A stretch of DNA of 63,685 nucleotides, the filler included, from Candidatus Nanoarchaeia archaeon (lineage in GTDB: Archaea; Nanobdellota; Nanobdellia; Woesearchaeales; DATDTY01), in NCBI GenBank assembly GCA_035290625.1. It is 4 parts of 4 records of this genome, joined end to end, with 100 filler letters (N's around TTAATTAATTAA, not from the genome) between each part and the next. Parts side by side here need not be neighbours in the genome. Positions count along the whole stretch, not along the records: positions 1 to 16,324 come from DATDTY010000024.1; positions 16,425 to 43,268 come from DATDTY010000027.1; 2 more parts are not named here. The stretch is one strand, 5' to 3'. The position numbers and the translations under genes were made by a program. Positions 10,270 through 18,962 of this stretch are shown here, in pieces; positions within the stretch are counted from its first letter, which is position 1, and each line of letters starts with the position of its first letter. The notes under the pieces are model-generated. The model searched no databases. It was not told the origin of the DNA and saw nothing but the letters and a program-made list of their open reading frames with translations.

Positions 10270-11127
10270 CTACGTATTCTTAGATAGGTATTCTTCGTAT
10301 ACCTGATCACCAGTCTTAACCCTGATATTATTCTGCTTGGCGTACCGGAGCAATTCTCTCAGATTCTGGATGTTTTCTTCTCTCTGCAGGGAAAGTACCC
10401 AGGGATGCAAAAGGATGGTGTATGTGCCCTCTGAGGCCTCTAGAGAGTCTTTTACTGCCTTAAAGAAGGCATTTGAATTATTATTCCTCTGAAGTACAAA
10501 CCAACCCCAGTCATTCGGGACAGGATTTATGGGAAGTTCAAGCAGGCCATCCACCCAGTAGGGATCCAACTCTGAGCTCCAGACAGAGCTGTCCCACGTA
10601 TACCCCTCTTCTACAAGGATCTTGAATGAGTCGTCTGTATAGTTTGTGTAGGGAAACCTATTCCCAACAACTGGTTTTCCAATTACCTCTTCAACTGTTT
10701 TTTTGCATTTGGAGGCTTCCTCTGTCATCTCTTGGTTTGAAAGATTAGCCTGAAGCCTGTGAGAGAAACTATGGCAGCTAATCCCCATCTCAGATTCCTG
10801 TAGGCTTCTTATTACCCTTGGATACCTCTGTGCTGTAAGACCAACAACATTAAACTGGAAGGCTACTCCTTCTTCCAATGCAAGATCCACCAGATCCCGC
10901 ATTGTTGCGAGCCAGGACTCTTCTCTGGGGGTATACATCAGAGCTTCGTTCGCAGTCATATCTCCAGGGAAGCCAACACCAAAGGGAAACTCGGTATCAA
11001 AGCTGATTATAACAGTCCTCTCTTGTTTAGGGTGCTCTTTCTGGTCTAAGTTCACAAACAAGAGGGCTATCAGTATGCCAATTCCACAAATAAGAACGAT
11101 TTCAGGCTTCAGGCGATTTTCTGGCAT
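10270..11127 (-). CDS. Polysaccharide deacetylase (CE4), membrane anchored
   Basis: ISFDTE, CHSFSH, RFPY, LLHPW motifs; N-terminal TM. Confidence 0.85.
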   Translation of the reverse strand: MPENRLKPEIVLICGIGILIALLFVNLDQKEHPKQERTVIISFDTEFPFGVGFPGDMTANEALMYTPREESWLATMRDLVDLALEEGVAFQFNVVGLTAQRYPRVIRSLQESEMGISCHSFSHRLQANLSNQEMTEEASKCKKTVEEVIGKPVVGNRFPYTNYTDDSFKILVEEGYTWDSSVWSSELDPYWVDGLLELPINPVPNDWGWFVLQRNNNSNAFFKAVKDSLEASEGTYTILLHPWVLSLQREENIQNLRELLRYAKQNNIRVKTGDQVYEEYLSKNT

Positions 11128-11176
11128 ATTCCATGGCTAAGAATCCTTATCCTTAATAATAATTTCTATAAACTCT

Positions 11177-11207
11177 AAAAAAAGAAAAAAAAGAAAAAAG
11201 AAGAAAT
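11177..11207 (-). terminator. Poly-T terminator of the S-layer gene
   Basis: Runs of T on the minus strand directly after the stop codon. Confidence 0.6.
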
Positions 11208-13781
11208 TTACTCAGTGGTTGTTGCTGCGGCAGTCACTACACTTGGCGCGGAAACTGTTATATCTGTGAGGCTTGAACCTGTTACCTCAACTTCAGTTCC
11301 CTTCAAGGTACCTTCTTTCTGGTACTTTGCATAGTCTGCTACAACTCTGGATGCCCTTTGGGTGTCATCAGCTTCCCATCCCATGACAAGCAATGCTGCT
11401 TTGCCGTCGCTGTGCTCTATCAACTTGATGATAGCTGCATTTTCAGGCACTCCAAGTTTGCCAGTATACCCATAGGTTGGGAATGGCAATCCAAGCAGGC
11501 TTGCTGCTGCCTTGTTGATGGCTGCTGAACCTACCACAATCAGGTTGTTCTGCTTCTCTCTGCCTTCAACAGCAGGGTCTGTGTCAAGGACAGCTGCTCC
11601 GACATCTATCCTGGTGACAGATGTTGTCTCGACTGTTCCTGCTCCTGTGCTTTTTGAGGCAGAGGTTATCCCAGAGGTCACAAAGAGCGCTCCGTAGGCC
11701 TGCTCATCAGGGTAGACAAGATTGAAGTCATTCTGGGTGTTACCAGAACCCTTTCTGTCAACTTCAACAAACACACCATAGGTGGTGTACCAACTGTACT
11801 TGTAGCTTCCATCCTCTGCTTGCCTTGGAGACCAAGACATGGTGTACTTTCCTGTTGTTCCTGTTACTTTGAAGTTGTCTGTTATGTCAATCTTGCCATC
11901 ACCGCTTTCTGTCAGGTTTATCGCTACAACATCTTTTGCGTCGTCTTCATCAGTTTCAGTGGTTATAACTATACTCCCAGCGGAACTATTGCCACCATCC
12001 CCTGCGCCATCTGTTTGGTTTGATGGAGTTAAGGTTATATTTGCCCCATACTGAGTCCAGAGTTCAGGCAACGCAAAATCACTGAGGTCGCCATCTCCAT
12101 TGAAGTCAATATTGAGGGTTGCAGATGTGCCATCTGCCGACAAGTTGACTCGGTAGGTGTTCCCATCAAGCTGCAGAGAGCCTGTCAGGCTTGCATAACT
12201 GATATCAATAGAGTCTCCTGAACCGAGATCCTTGACAGTAACAGTTCCTGCACTGTCTGTTGTCGAGCTTCCTGGAGTGACAGACTTGAACTGCATTATC
12301 CTGCTGTACTCATTCTTGCTCACAACAAAATAGTGGTTCTTTTCAATGTTATCTGTCTCGTTTGTCGCAAGCTTCCTCATCTCTGAGCCAGTGTACCTTC
12401 CAAGGTTGTACGTTCCTGAGGCAGTTCTTCCGAAGATGTCCTCGTTGTATTTCACTCCATTCTTGTTGGTGAACTCTACCTTCACATTGTTGCTGCCGCT
12501 TGGGACGAACTTAATGTCTTCAGTCTTCCCAATCTGCAGGCCTTCAAACTTGTAGTCAAAGCCGTTTGTGAAGAAATTCCCCTTCTGGTTTTCCTTGTCA
12601 TCAGCAACCTCTGATGCTAACTTTCCTGCCTCCAAATACAGGTCAGAACCGGCAGTATAATTGACCTCAATTGAGCTGATCGATACATCTGAGCCATGCA
12701 CAGTTCCACCATCAACAGAGACAACGATATCTGCCTTGACCTGGCTCATATCTTCCTTGCCGATGGTTACTGTTGCTCCCCATGTCTGGTTTCCTGTATT
12801 GGAGTCATCAATCTTTATCTTATTTGCGCCTAGGCTGAAGTCAACCTTTCGTAATCCTCCTGCAAACTCTTGGGCAAGGATATCAACGACACCAAGTTCA
12901 GTGTCATCAGCCAATGTGAAGGTATCTCCTTCCTGAAGGGCGTTTGTTGCCTCTCCATTTACAGTAAACTTTGTTTCTGATGTACTCACAAAGTCAAGGG
13001 ATACATCATAGTCCTTGCCACCTATTGTATAGGTCTTTGATGCGCCTTCTTCAAGGATGTCTGAGACAGCTCCTCCCATCAATGTAAGGGTAGTCTGGTT
13101 GCCTGCAGGGTGGTTTGCCTTCAGGATGGTATATTCCTGACCAAGCAGGTTTATTTTTTTGTTCCTGATATCCTCAAGGAAGTTTCCTGGGCTTGCAGTG
13201 CTGTGATCTGACTTCAATGCTGGCGTAAAGGTAAGCTTGTACCTGTACACTGTTGCTCCTGACGGAATAAGGAAGTAAGGCTTTGCCATATTGTCGTCAT
13301 CATCAGGATCCATGGTGTATTCAATCCTTCCTAGTGTTGGAAGATACAGTGTTTGGGTGTAGTCAAATGTCCCATGTTCATTGTTGATTGAGCCGTCTGC
13401 CAATGCAGTAGCGAGGTCTGACTTTGTTACTGAGGAAGTTATCCCAGACGCAGTCTCGTTAATCTCAAGCTTGTTGCTTGACTTCTCAATCTTCTTGTTT
13501 TCTCCAGAAAGGCTTATGGTTGCTGCAGTTCCTGTTGCAACAGATGATGTTGTTTTGGAGGAGTATTGCAAGCTGGTTGCAATGTCGATTGCTCCAAGAA
13601 CATCCTGGGTAGCTGCACTTTCGCCAACAACGATGAGCGCATCAAACACTCCGTCCTTGACAAATGGCGCAGGGTATGTTGCTAAATCTGCTGCTGCCAT
13701 AGCACTCAGCATGGTTGCTCCAACCATGGATAAGCCTGTACCTAAAGCAGCTATTTTCTTAATTGTTTTACTTATTTTCAT
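11208..13781 (-). CDS. S-layer protein
   Basis: Signal peptide KKIAALGTGLSMVGAT; LIVVGESAATQDVLGAIDIA and C-terminal NLIVVGSAAINK are typical of Methanococcales/Thermococcales-type S-layer N and C domains. Confidence 0.85.
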   Translation of the reverse strand: MKISKTIKKIAALGTGLSMVGATMLSAMAAADLATYPAPFVKDGVFDALIVVGESAATQDVLGAIDIATSLQYSSKTTSSVATGTAATISLSGENKKIEKSSNKLEINETASGITSSVTKSDLATALADGSINNEHGTFDYTQTLYLPTLGRIEYTMDPDDDDNMAKPYFLIPSGATVYRYKLTFTPALKSDHSTASPGNFLEDIRNKKINLLGQEYTILKANHPAGNQTTLTLMGGAVSDILEEGASKTYTIGGKDYDVSLDFVSTSETKFTVNGEATNALQEGDTFTLADDTELGVVDILAQEFAGGLRKVDFSLGANKIKIDDSNTGNQTWGATVTIGKEDMSQVKADIVVSVDGGTVHGSDVSISSIEVNYTAGSDLYLEAGKLASEVADDKENQKGNFFTNGFDYKFEGLQIGKTEDIKFVPSGSNNVKVEFTNKNGVKYNEDIFGRTASGTYNLGRYTGSEMRKLATNETDNIEKNHYFVVSKNEYSRIMQFKSVTPGSSTTDSAGTVTVKDLGSGDSIDISYASLTGSLQLDGNTYRVNLSADGTSATLNIDFNGDGDLSDFALPELWTQYGANITLTPSNQTDGAGDGGNSSAGSIVITTETDEDDAKDVVAINLTESGDGKIDITDNFKVTGTTGKYTMSWSPRQAEDGSYKYSWYTTYGVFVEVDRKGSGNTQNDFNLVYPDEQAYGALFVTSGITSASKSTGAGTVETTSVTRIDVGAAVLDTDPAVEGREKQNNLIVVGSAAINKAAASLLGLPFPTYGYTGKLGVPENAAIIKLIEHSDGKAALLVMGWEADDTQRASRVVADYAKYQKEGTLKGTEVEVTGSSLTDITVSAPSVVTAAATTTE

Positions 13782-14327
13782 CCTCTAAACACCTCCGTGT
13801 TTTTGGTAAGCTTGTTGCTGTCTCTGACAGCTTCATCTCTCGAGTCTACTATTGGAGCTCCATCGTTTATAAACTTTTCGGAACAATTCTCGACGAAAAA
13901 ATGTGGTTTTTGGCAAGACACTGCTCTGGACAAGGAATTTTGCGGTTGCAGCACGTTGTTACTTTTGAATAGTATTTCCCCCCTCTGGCAATATTTGGCC
14001 GGCAGGCTTATAAATGGGGACTAGGCTTATGAGGCAGCCATTGCCCTGGTTTACCTTGTTCTTCTGCCATCTCTGCGGAGCTTAGCCTCAACCCTTCGTT
14101 TCATCACTCTTCTTTGGATCCTTTAATCCCTTGGCTATTGCTTCTGATACTGCTGAAACCGCACTACCCTAACATCCCCTGAGACTACCTACTCAGGTTG
14201 TACTGCCTATTATTACCCTATTATATATATGATGCCTATACTAGCGTAATCAGTTATAGCCAGCCGGGCTTGAAAGGCACAGTTGCTCTGGTGAATGTGG
14301 CATGGCCAGCCCAGGAGTCTTTAGACT

Positions 14328-14528
14328 GGCTTCGGTGAAAATCCAGCAGTGGCTTGCGAGTGAGCTCGTTCTCACTCGCTCATAAGCCGCCGGCTGCCGC
14401 CGGCTCGGCTTGTGTTGTCCGTCTGTATATATATCGTTGAAGCCCCGAAGGGGCCAATCCCCTCAACTCAGTCTATGGCAATCATTAAGGGCCTCGCAAA
14501 AAAGGCGGCAGCCTTGATTTTCAAAGCC
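14328..14528 (-). mobile_element. Fold-back MITE-like element, copy E2
   Basis: Ends GGCTTCGGTGAAAATC / GATTTTCAAAGCC; flanks CTTTAGACT / CTTTAGGCC (7/9 TSD). Confidence 0.8.
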
Positions 14529-14576
14529 CTTTAGGCCTAAATCTTTTTATAGCAAGCCAGGTTACATCTCTGTGAT

Positions 14577-14710
14577 GCGGAGATGCCGGAGTGGCCAAAC
14601 GGGACAGGCTTAGGTATCTGGTGATGTGGTTACCTGTTGGCTTAGACAGAACGAGGCTAAACCTTCGTTTTGGAGCAGTGCCTACGCAGGTTCGAATCCT
14701 GCTCTCCGCA
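14577..14710 (+). tRNA. tRNA-Leu(TAG) with two introns (14615-14631 at position 37/38; 14646-14678 in the variable arm)
   Basis: Acceptor GCGGAGA/TCTCCGC, anticodon stem ACAGG/CCTGT around CT-TAG-G, T arm GCAGG-TTCGAAT-CCTGC; removing both inserts gives a standard Leu cloverleaf. Confidence 0.85.
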
Positions 14711-14837
14711 GTGAATGAAATAAACGAGGAGAGCAGACCAGGAATGAGTGCAGCGAATTCCGCTGCCTGCTCTCCGCAGTGAACGAAGTGAACAAGGGAG
14801 CAGACCAGCAACAGAGTTGTGCTGCCTACTCTCCGCA
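14711..14837 (+). repeat. Two tandem units, each ending in a copy of the tRNA-Leu 3' end
   Basis: Units 14711-14778 and 14779-14837 begin GTGAA(T/C)GAA, contain GAGCAGACCAG and end GCTGCCT(G/A)CTCTCCGCA. Confidence 0.8.
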
Positions 14838-14905
14838 GTTGTCTGTTACCAACTCAATAAACCAATAAGGGGCAAGAATATTACCCTATAACTGCTCCAA
14901 AGCCC

Positions 14906-15073
14906 CTACCTAAGGGTCTGCCAGGTGTAGCTTCTCAGCCTAGAACTCTTGCCATAGCCGCAGCTGGAACAAATCTTCTTTCTCACATGATAGCTGTGCT
15001 TGCTGCATCTCCTACAGTGAATATGGGTTTTTCCTTTGTTCTTCTTACCCATTGAAGGAGTTCCTTTTGTCAT
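14906..15073 (-). CDS. rpl37e: 50S ribosomal protein L37e (not in the ORF track, 55 aa)
   Basis: Hand translation [55 protein letters not shown]. Confidence 0.95.
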   Translation of the reverse strand: MTKGTPSMGKKNKGKTHIHCRRCSKHSYHVRKKICSSCGYGKSSRLRSYTWQTLR

Positions 15074-15075
15074 AG

Positions 15076-15321
15076 CTACCTCTGCGGAGAAATGAGTATT
15101 ATCGTATCTCCCCGTATAAACACTGTTCCGAGCTTCCTCTGCATTTCACCATTCACGAGCTCTTCAGCTCCTTCCAGAACTATATTAATATGGATATCAA
15201 AGGCCTTAAGAATCCCTTGGATTTGCTTGGTGTTCTTCAGGTCCACAATGACTCTTTTATCTCTTGCACTGTTTAATGCATCTAATGGCCTTGATGATTC
15301 TTGCATTGTATCCTCCTCCAT
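15076..15321 (-). CDS. Sm/Lsm-like archaeal protein (SmAP)
   Basis: RPLDAL...[14 protein letters not shown]...FIRGDTI; canonical pairing with L37e. Confidence 0.95.
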   Translation of the reverse strand: MEEDTMQESSRPLDALNSARDKRVIVDLKNTKQIQGILKAFDIHINIVLEGAEELVNGEMQRKLGTVFIRGDTIILISPQR

Positions 15322-15369
15322 GTTGCAAACCCTCTATTCTTTTTAAATCTTGTGCTGCTAAGTTGTTAA

Positions 15370-16323
15370 TGTCTTATCCCGAAACTATTTCCCTACGGTG
15401 AGTTACATTGGAGCATGAAACTCACCAGAGGAAGCTTATGGAGACCATAAGGCGCAAGAATGATGGCTGGACAACCTATCAAGCGAGGAAAATAGCCCGT
15501 GTTAGTATTAGGCGAGTGAACCAAGTTTACTCTGAGTACTTGGAAACCGGAAAGGTTCCTGAGATCGGCAGGAATAACGGCAGACCTTCTAAACCAGTTG
15601 AGGATTGGGAAATAGGTCTTGTACGGGTTGCCTGGGTTAAGTACAGAGTGTCAGCAGACACTCTAGAACCGCTCATTGAGCGGGATTATGGCAGGCACAT
15701 CGGTCATAACAGGATCCATAAGATAATGCTCACGCTTGGGTTTGCCAAGCCGAAAGCAAAGAAGGATGTGCGTAAGAAAGAGTGGATACGATATGAGCGA
15801 AGGCACAGCCTGACAGCTGTCCATATTGACTGGCACTATGACTGCGTAAACTATGTTTTTGCGGTTATTGATGATGCCAGCAGGAAAATCTTGGCACTGC
15901 TGGAATGCAATAGTGCAACCACTGACTTCTCAATCCAGGGGATGGAAGAAGCCTTGAAGCAGGGCAAGATACGGCAATGCATTTCTGACCACGGAGCACA
16001 GTTCATTGCCAATATCGGAGGGGATTCAAGGTTCAAGGCTTATCTTGAAAGCAAGGGTGTCCAGCAGATACTGTGCAGGATAAAGCATCCTCAAAGCAAC
16101 GGCAAGATAGAGAAATGGTTCGAAATATACGACAGACACAGACATGCGTTCGACAGCAAGGAAGAGTTTCTGCATTGGTACAACGAGGTAAGACCGCATC
16201 GAAGCTTACGCTTCGAGATTCTGGAAACTCCAGAGCAGGCATTTGTCAGGAAGATGAAAAAGGAGGCTTAATAAACATGAAACGAATTAAGCTATCGAAG
16301 GGAAATACTTTCAGGATAGCACA
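15370..16323 (+). mobile_element. IS481-family insertion sequence
   Basis: Imperfect TIRs TGTCTTATCCCGAAACTATTTCCCT vs TGTGCTATCCTGAAAGTATTTCCCT (reverse complement of right end); TGT...ACA ends; lies at a contig end. Confidence 0.85.
15408..16271 (+). CDS. IS481-family DDE transposase (rve integrase core)
   Basis: HIDW, VIDDASR, SDHGAQF, HPQSNGKIEK, YNEVRPHRSL. Confidence 0.9.
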   Translation: MEHETHQRKLMETIRRKNDGWTTYQARKIARVSIRRVNQVYSEYLETGKVPEIGRNNGRPSKPVEDWEIGLVRVAWVKYRVSADTLEPLIERDYGRHIGHNRIHKIMLTLGFAKPKAKKDVRKKEWIRYERRHSLTAVHIDWHYDCVNYVFAVIDDASRKILALLECNSATTDFSIQGMEEALKQGKIRQCISDHGAQFIANIGGDSRFKAYLESKGVQQILCRIKHPQSNGKIEKWFEIYDRHRHAFDSKEEFLHWYNEVRPHRSLRFEILETPEQAFVRKMKKEA

Positions 16324-16324
16324 G

Positions 16325-16424
16325 NNNNNNNNNNNNNNNNNNNNNNNNNNNNNNNNNNNNNNNNNNNNTTAATTAATTAANNNNNNNNNNNNNNNNNNNN
16401 NNNNNNNNNNNNNNNNNNNNNNNN
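16325..16424. other. Artificial contig linker (N-run + TTAATTAATTAA)
   Basis: Identical linker design at all three gaps. Confidence 0.95.
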
Positions 16425-16572
16425 GTGGGGGGGGGGTTGCCATCGGCTCGGCTCTTGCCTTCTTGAGGAAAGAGCGGCACCTCCCCGTAAGGGGCTTCCC
16501 CCTCCGCTGTATTTTGTTGGCTTGCTTGAGCCTCGCGAAAATGATGGCAACCCTCAATGCTGCGCTGACGCC
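16425..16572 (-). mobile_element. Fold-back MITE-like element, copy E3 (truncated by gap; right boundary approximate)
   Basis: GGGTTGCCATC / GATGGCAACCC stem, GCTCGGCTC / GAGCCTCGC, AGCGG...CCCCGTAAGGGG...CCGCT core. Confidence 0.75.
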
Positions 16573-16615
16573 TTCAAGGCAAACACTTAAAAACCCTGCG
16601 CTCCTTACGCCAAAA

Positions 16616-17746
16616 ATGGATTCAAAGGATGTTCTTGACAGCGTCATCTACAATTACGCGACCACCCTCCCGCAGATGGAGTATGAGAACAAGCTCCTCA
16701 AGGAGACTGCCAACCAGCTGAAGCTAGAGTTGGAGCGCTTCAAGAAGCCGCCATTGATGGTCTGTGAAGTTGTAGAGGTTATAGGGGGTCAGGCAGTTAT
16801 TCGGGTCCCCAACGGCAATCTGTTTCTCGTAGGTATATCAAAGGATGCCGGCACCATACAGCCCGGAGATTCTGTGCTTACCGAGCAGAAGAATCTCACG
16901 GTCCTTCAGAAGCTCTCAACATCCAAGAAGTTTGATGTGGAAAAATTTGTGATTATTGAAAAGCCCGACATGAGCTGGGCTGAGATCGGCGGTTTAGGAA
17001 AGGAGGCAGAGCAGATTAAAGAGGTGATAGAGCTGCCTCTCAAAAAGCCCGAGCTCTTCCGGAAGGTGGGCATATCTCCACCGAAAGGCATCCTGCTGCA
17101 CGGCCCTCCCGGCACGGGGAAGACCCTGCTTGCCAAAGCAGTTGCTTCATCAACGCAAAGCACATTCATAGAAATTGTCGGTTCTGAGCTGGTCCAGAAG
17201 TTTATTGGAGAGGGAGCAAAGCTAGTCAAGGAGATATTTCAGCTTGCAAAGGAAAGGGCGCCCTCGATTATTTTCATCGACGAGATCGATGCTATCGCTG
17301 GCACCCGGATAGAGATAGGCACCTCAGGCGAGCGTGAGGTTCAGAGAACATTTATGCAGCTCCTCGCAGAGATTGACGGCTTCAAGCCGTTGGGGAATGT
17401 CAAGATCATTGGCTGCACAAACAGGAAGGACATCCTTGACCCAGCAATCCTGCGCCCGGGGAGGCTGGACAGGATGATTAAGATCCATCTTCCAAACAAA
17501 GATCAGAGGAGTGAGATATTCACTATTCACACGCAGCGTATGCAATTGTCAAATGATATTGACAGGGAAAAGATCCTAAGGCTCATGGAAGGGTTTTCTG
17601 GTGCTGAAATCAAGGCAGTGGCAACCGAAGCTGGATATGTGGCGATCCGCAACAACAGAACTCGGATCACCGAAGACTATTTCCTTGAGGCAATTGAGAA
17701 GGTCCGCGCAGAGGAGTCAGAGGAATTCAAGCATATGTTTGGATAG
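16616..17746 (+). CDS. pan: Proteasome-activating nucleotidase (AAA+ ATPase)
   Basis: Coiled coil + OB fold (PPLMV), GPPGTGKT, FIDEIDAI, EREVQRT, LRPGRLDR; start at MDSKD because the upstream extension is repeat-derived. Confidence 0.95.
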   Translation: MDSKDVLDSVIYNYATTLPQMEYENKLLKETANQLKLELERFKKPPLMVCEVVEVIGGQAVIRVPNGNLFLVGISKDAGTIQPGDSVLTEQKNLTVLQKLSTSKKFDVEKFVIIEKPDMSWAEIGGLGKEAEQIKEVIELPLKKPELFRKVGISPPKGILLHGPPGTGKTLLAKAVASSTQSTFIEIVGSELVQKFIGEGAKLVKEIFQLAKERAPSIIFIDEIDAIAGTRIEIGTSGEREVQRTFMQLLAEIDGFKPLGNVKIIGCTNRKDILDPAILRPGRLDRMIKIHLPNKDQRSEIFTIHTQRMQLSNDIDREKILRLMEGFSGAEIKAVATEAGYVAIRNNRTRITEDYFLEAIEKVRAEESEEFKHMFG

Positions 17747-17772
17747 GAGTGTTCTGGCGTGGTTCGCACGGA

Positions 17773-17979
17773 AGCTGCGTTCAAAATAGGGGTTGCCGCC
17801 AATGTCGCGAGGCTCAATAAACCAGAGGAAGCGCAGCGGAGGAGGTTGTCCCTTACGGAGAGGCGCCGCTCTTCGCTGAAAACTGCAGGAGCCGAGCTGC
17901 TCCGAAGGAGCGACCAAAAATGCAGGGCATTTTTGAGCACGGCGGCAACCCGAGCAACTGCGAGATTTTGAACGCTGCC
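17773..17979 (+). mobile_element. Fold-back MITE-like element, copy E4
   Basis: TIR (A)GCTGCGTTCAAAAT / ATTTTGAACGCTGCC; GGTTGCCGCC/GGCGGCAACC; GCGAGGCTC/GAGCCGAGC. Confidence 0.8.
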
Positions 17980-18026
17980 GTTCATAGAGGTAAAGGTATT
18001 TAAAGAGTGGGAGGTTCGAATGAGCC

Positions 18027-18099
18027 GGCGTGCGATGATTTCGTGAACACCCGTTGAGGCGCAAGCCAATGAAAGACGGAAGTAACTGCTGAGCGCGCC
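18027..18099 (+). ncRNA. Candidate dual-guide box C/D sRNA
   Basis: Terminal stem GGCGTGC/GCGCGCC, C box (GC)GATGA, D' TTGA, GGC-GCAA-GCC hairpin, C'-like CAATGA, D box CTGA; TATA-like TTTAAA ~25 bp upstream with no ORF following. Confidence 0.7.
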
Positions 18100-18116
18100 T
18101 CTTAGTCTCCGTTGAG

Positions 18117-18962
18117 TTAGCGCGGCCCTTTACGCGAGTATATCTGCGCATCAACGCAGTATCTGCTCCTTCCAGGGCCATAAGCTCCGCAGCGCACAGT
18201 CGCGAGGATTCTGCAGGAGATGCCGTGGCTGATGCACCATGCCGCAATGCTGTCCGCAGGCCCTCCTCCGTCCTTTTTATTCCAGAAAGTATAGTAATGG
18301 ACAACGCCTCCGGGGTTCAAGGCCGCAAGAGCAACATCAAGAAATGACCCTGCGTCCTTCGGAAGCGGCATAATGATCCTATCAAATCTTCCAAGCTTTG
18401 GAACGACCTTCCTCGCGTCTCCTTTGTAGAGGCTGATGTTCTTCGCGTGGTTCAGCTGGGCATTCTTTTGCGCGTACTGGTGCGCTGCAGGATTGATTTC
18501 AACACCGGCAATTTCCTTCGCTAAGCTGTGTTTCGCCAATATCAGGGGGTACACCCCGCAGCCTGAAAACATGACAAGAACCCTTTCCCCTTTACCAACT
18601 AATCTTGCTATGCGCATGCGCTCATTTCCGAGCCGGGGGGAAAAATACATTTTTTCCGGATGGATAAGGAGGACTAAACCATATTCTTTGAACAGTGTTT
18701 GCTTGGATCTTTTTCCTGCCAGGATTCTGTATTTTGGAAGCCGATATTTCCCCGAATACGGATGTGTTTTTTTGAGCACAGTGGTAATGGCGGGATGAAA
18801 CTCGAGGAATGCCTGAGCAATCTCCTTCTGCTTTGGCTCCAGGCTGCCAGGAAAATCAGAGAATATCAGGAGCGACCCAAGGGTATCGTAAGAGGAGGGA
18901 ACAGATCTGAGTTGAGTGCTGGTCAGATGTCTCCTCAGCAGCTTTGCTAGACGGATGTTCAT
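18117..18962 (-). CDS. tRNA methyltransferase, Trm5/Taw2 (Met-10+-like) family
   Basis: SSYDTLGS, MYFSPRLGNER, VMFSGCG, DRIIMPLP. Confidence 0.85.
   Translation of the reverse strand: MNIRLAKLLRRHLTSTQLRSVPSSYDTLGSLLIFSDFPGSLEPKQKEIAQAFLEFHPAITTVLKKTHPYSGKYRLPKYRILAGKRSKQTLFKEYGLVLLIHPEKMYFSPRLGNERMRIARLVGKGERVLVMFSGCGVYPLILAKHSLAKEIAGVEINPAAHQYAQKNAQLNHAKNISLYKGDARKVVPKLGRFDRIIMPLPKDAGSFLDVALAALNPGGVVHYYTFWNKKDGGGPADSIAAWCISHGISCRILATVRCGAYGPGRSRYCVDAQIYSRKGPR

Noticed and set aside
14030..14327. Possible RNase P or SRP RNA in the long gap upstream of the S-layer gene
   Set aside because: No GAGGAAAGTCC/P4 or SRP helix-8 motif was found by eye on either strand; a covariance search would be needed to exclude a divergent RNA.
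15370..16323. IS481 as the mobiliser of the fold-back elements
   Set aside because: Its TGT...ACA TIRs share no similarity with the GGC...GCC ends.
18046..18086. Resemblance to 5S rRNA helix III (ACACCCGT...ACGGAAGT)
   Set aside because: The conserved loop C (CCCAUCCCGAAC-like) and the 3' domain are missing; the box C/D layout explains the region better.
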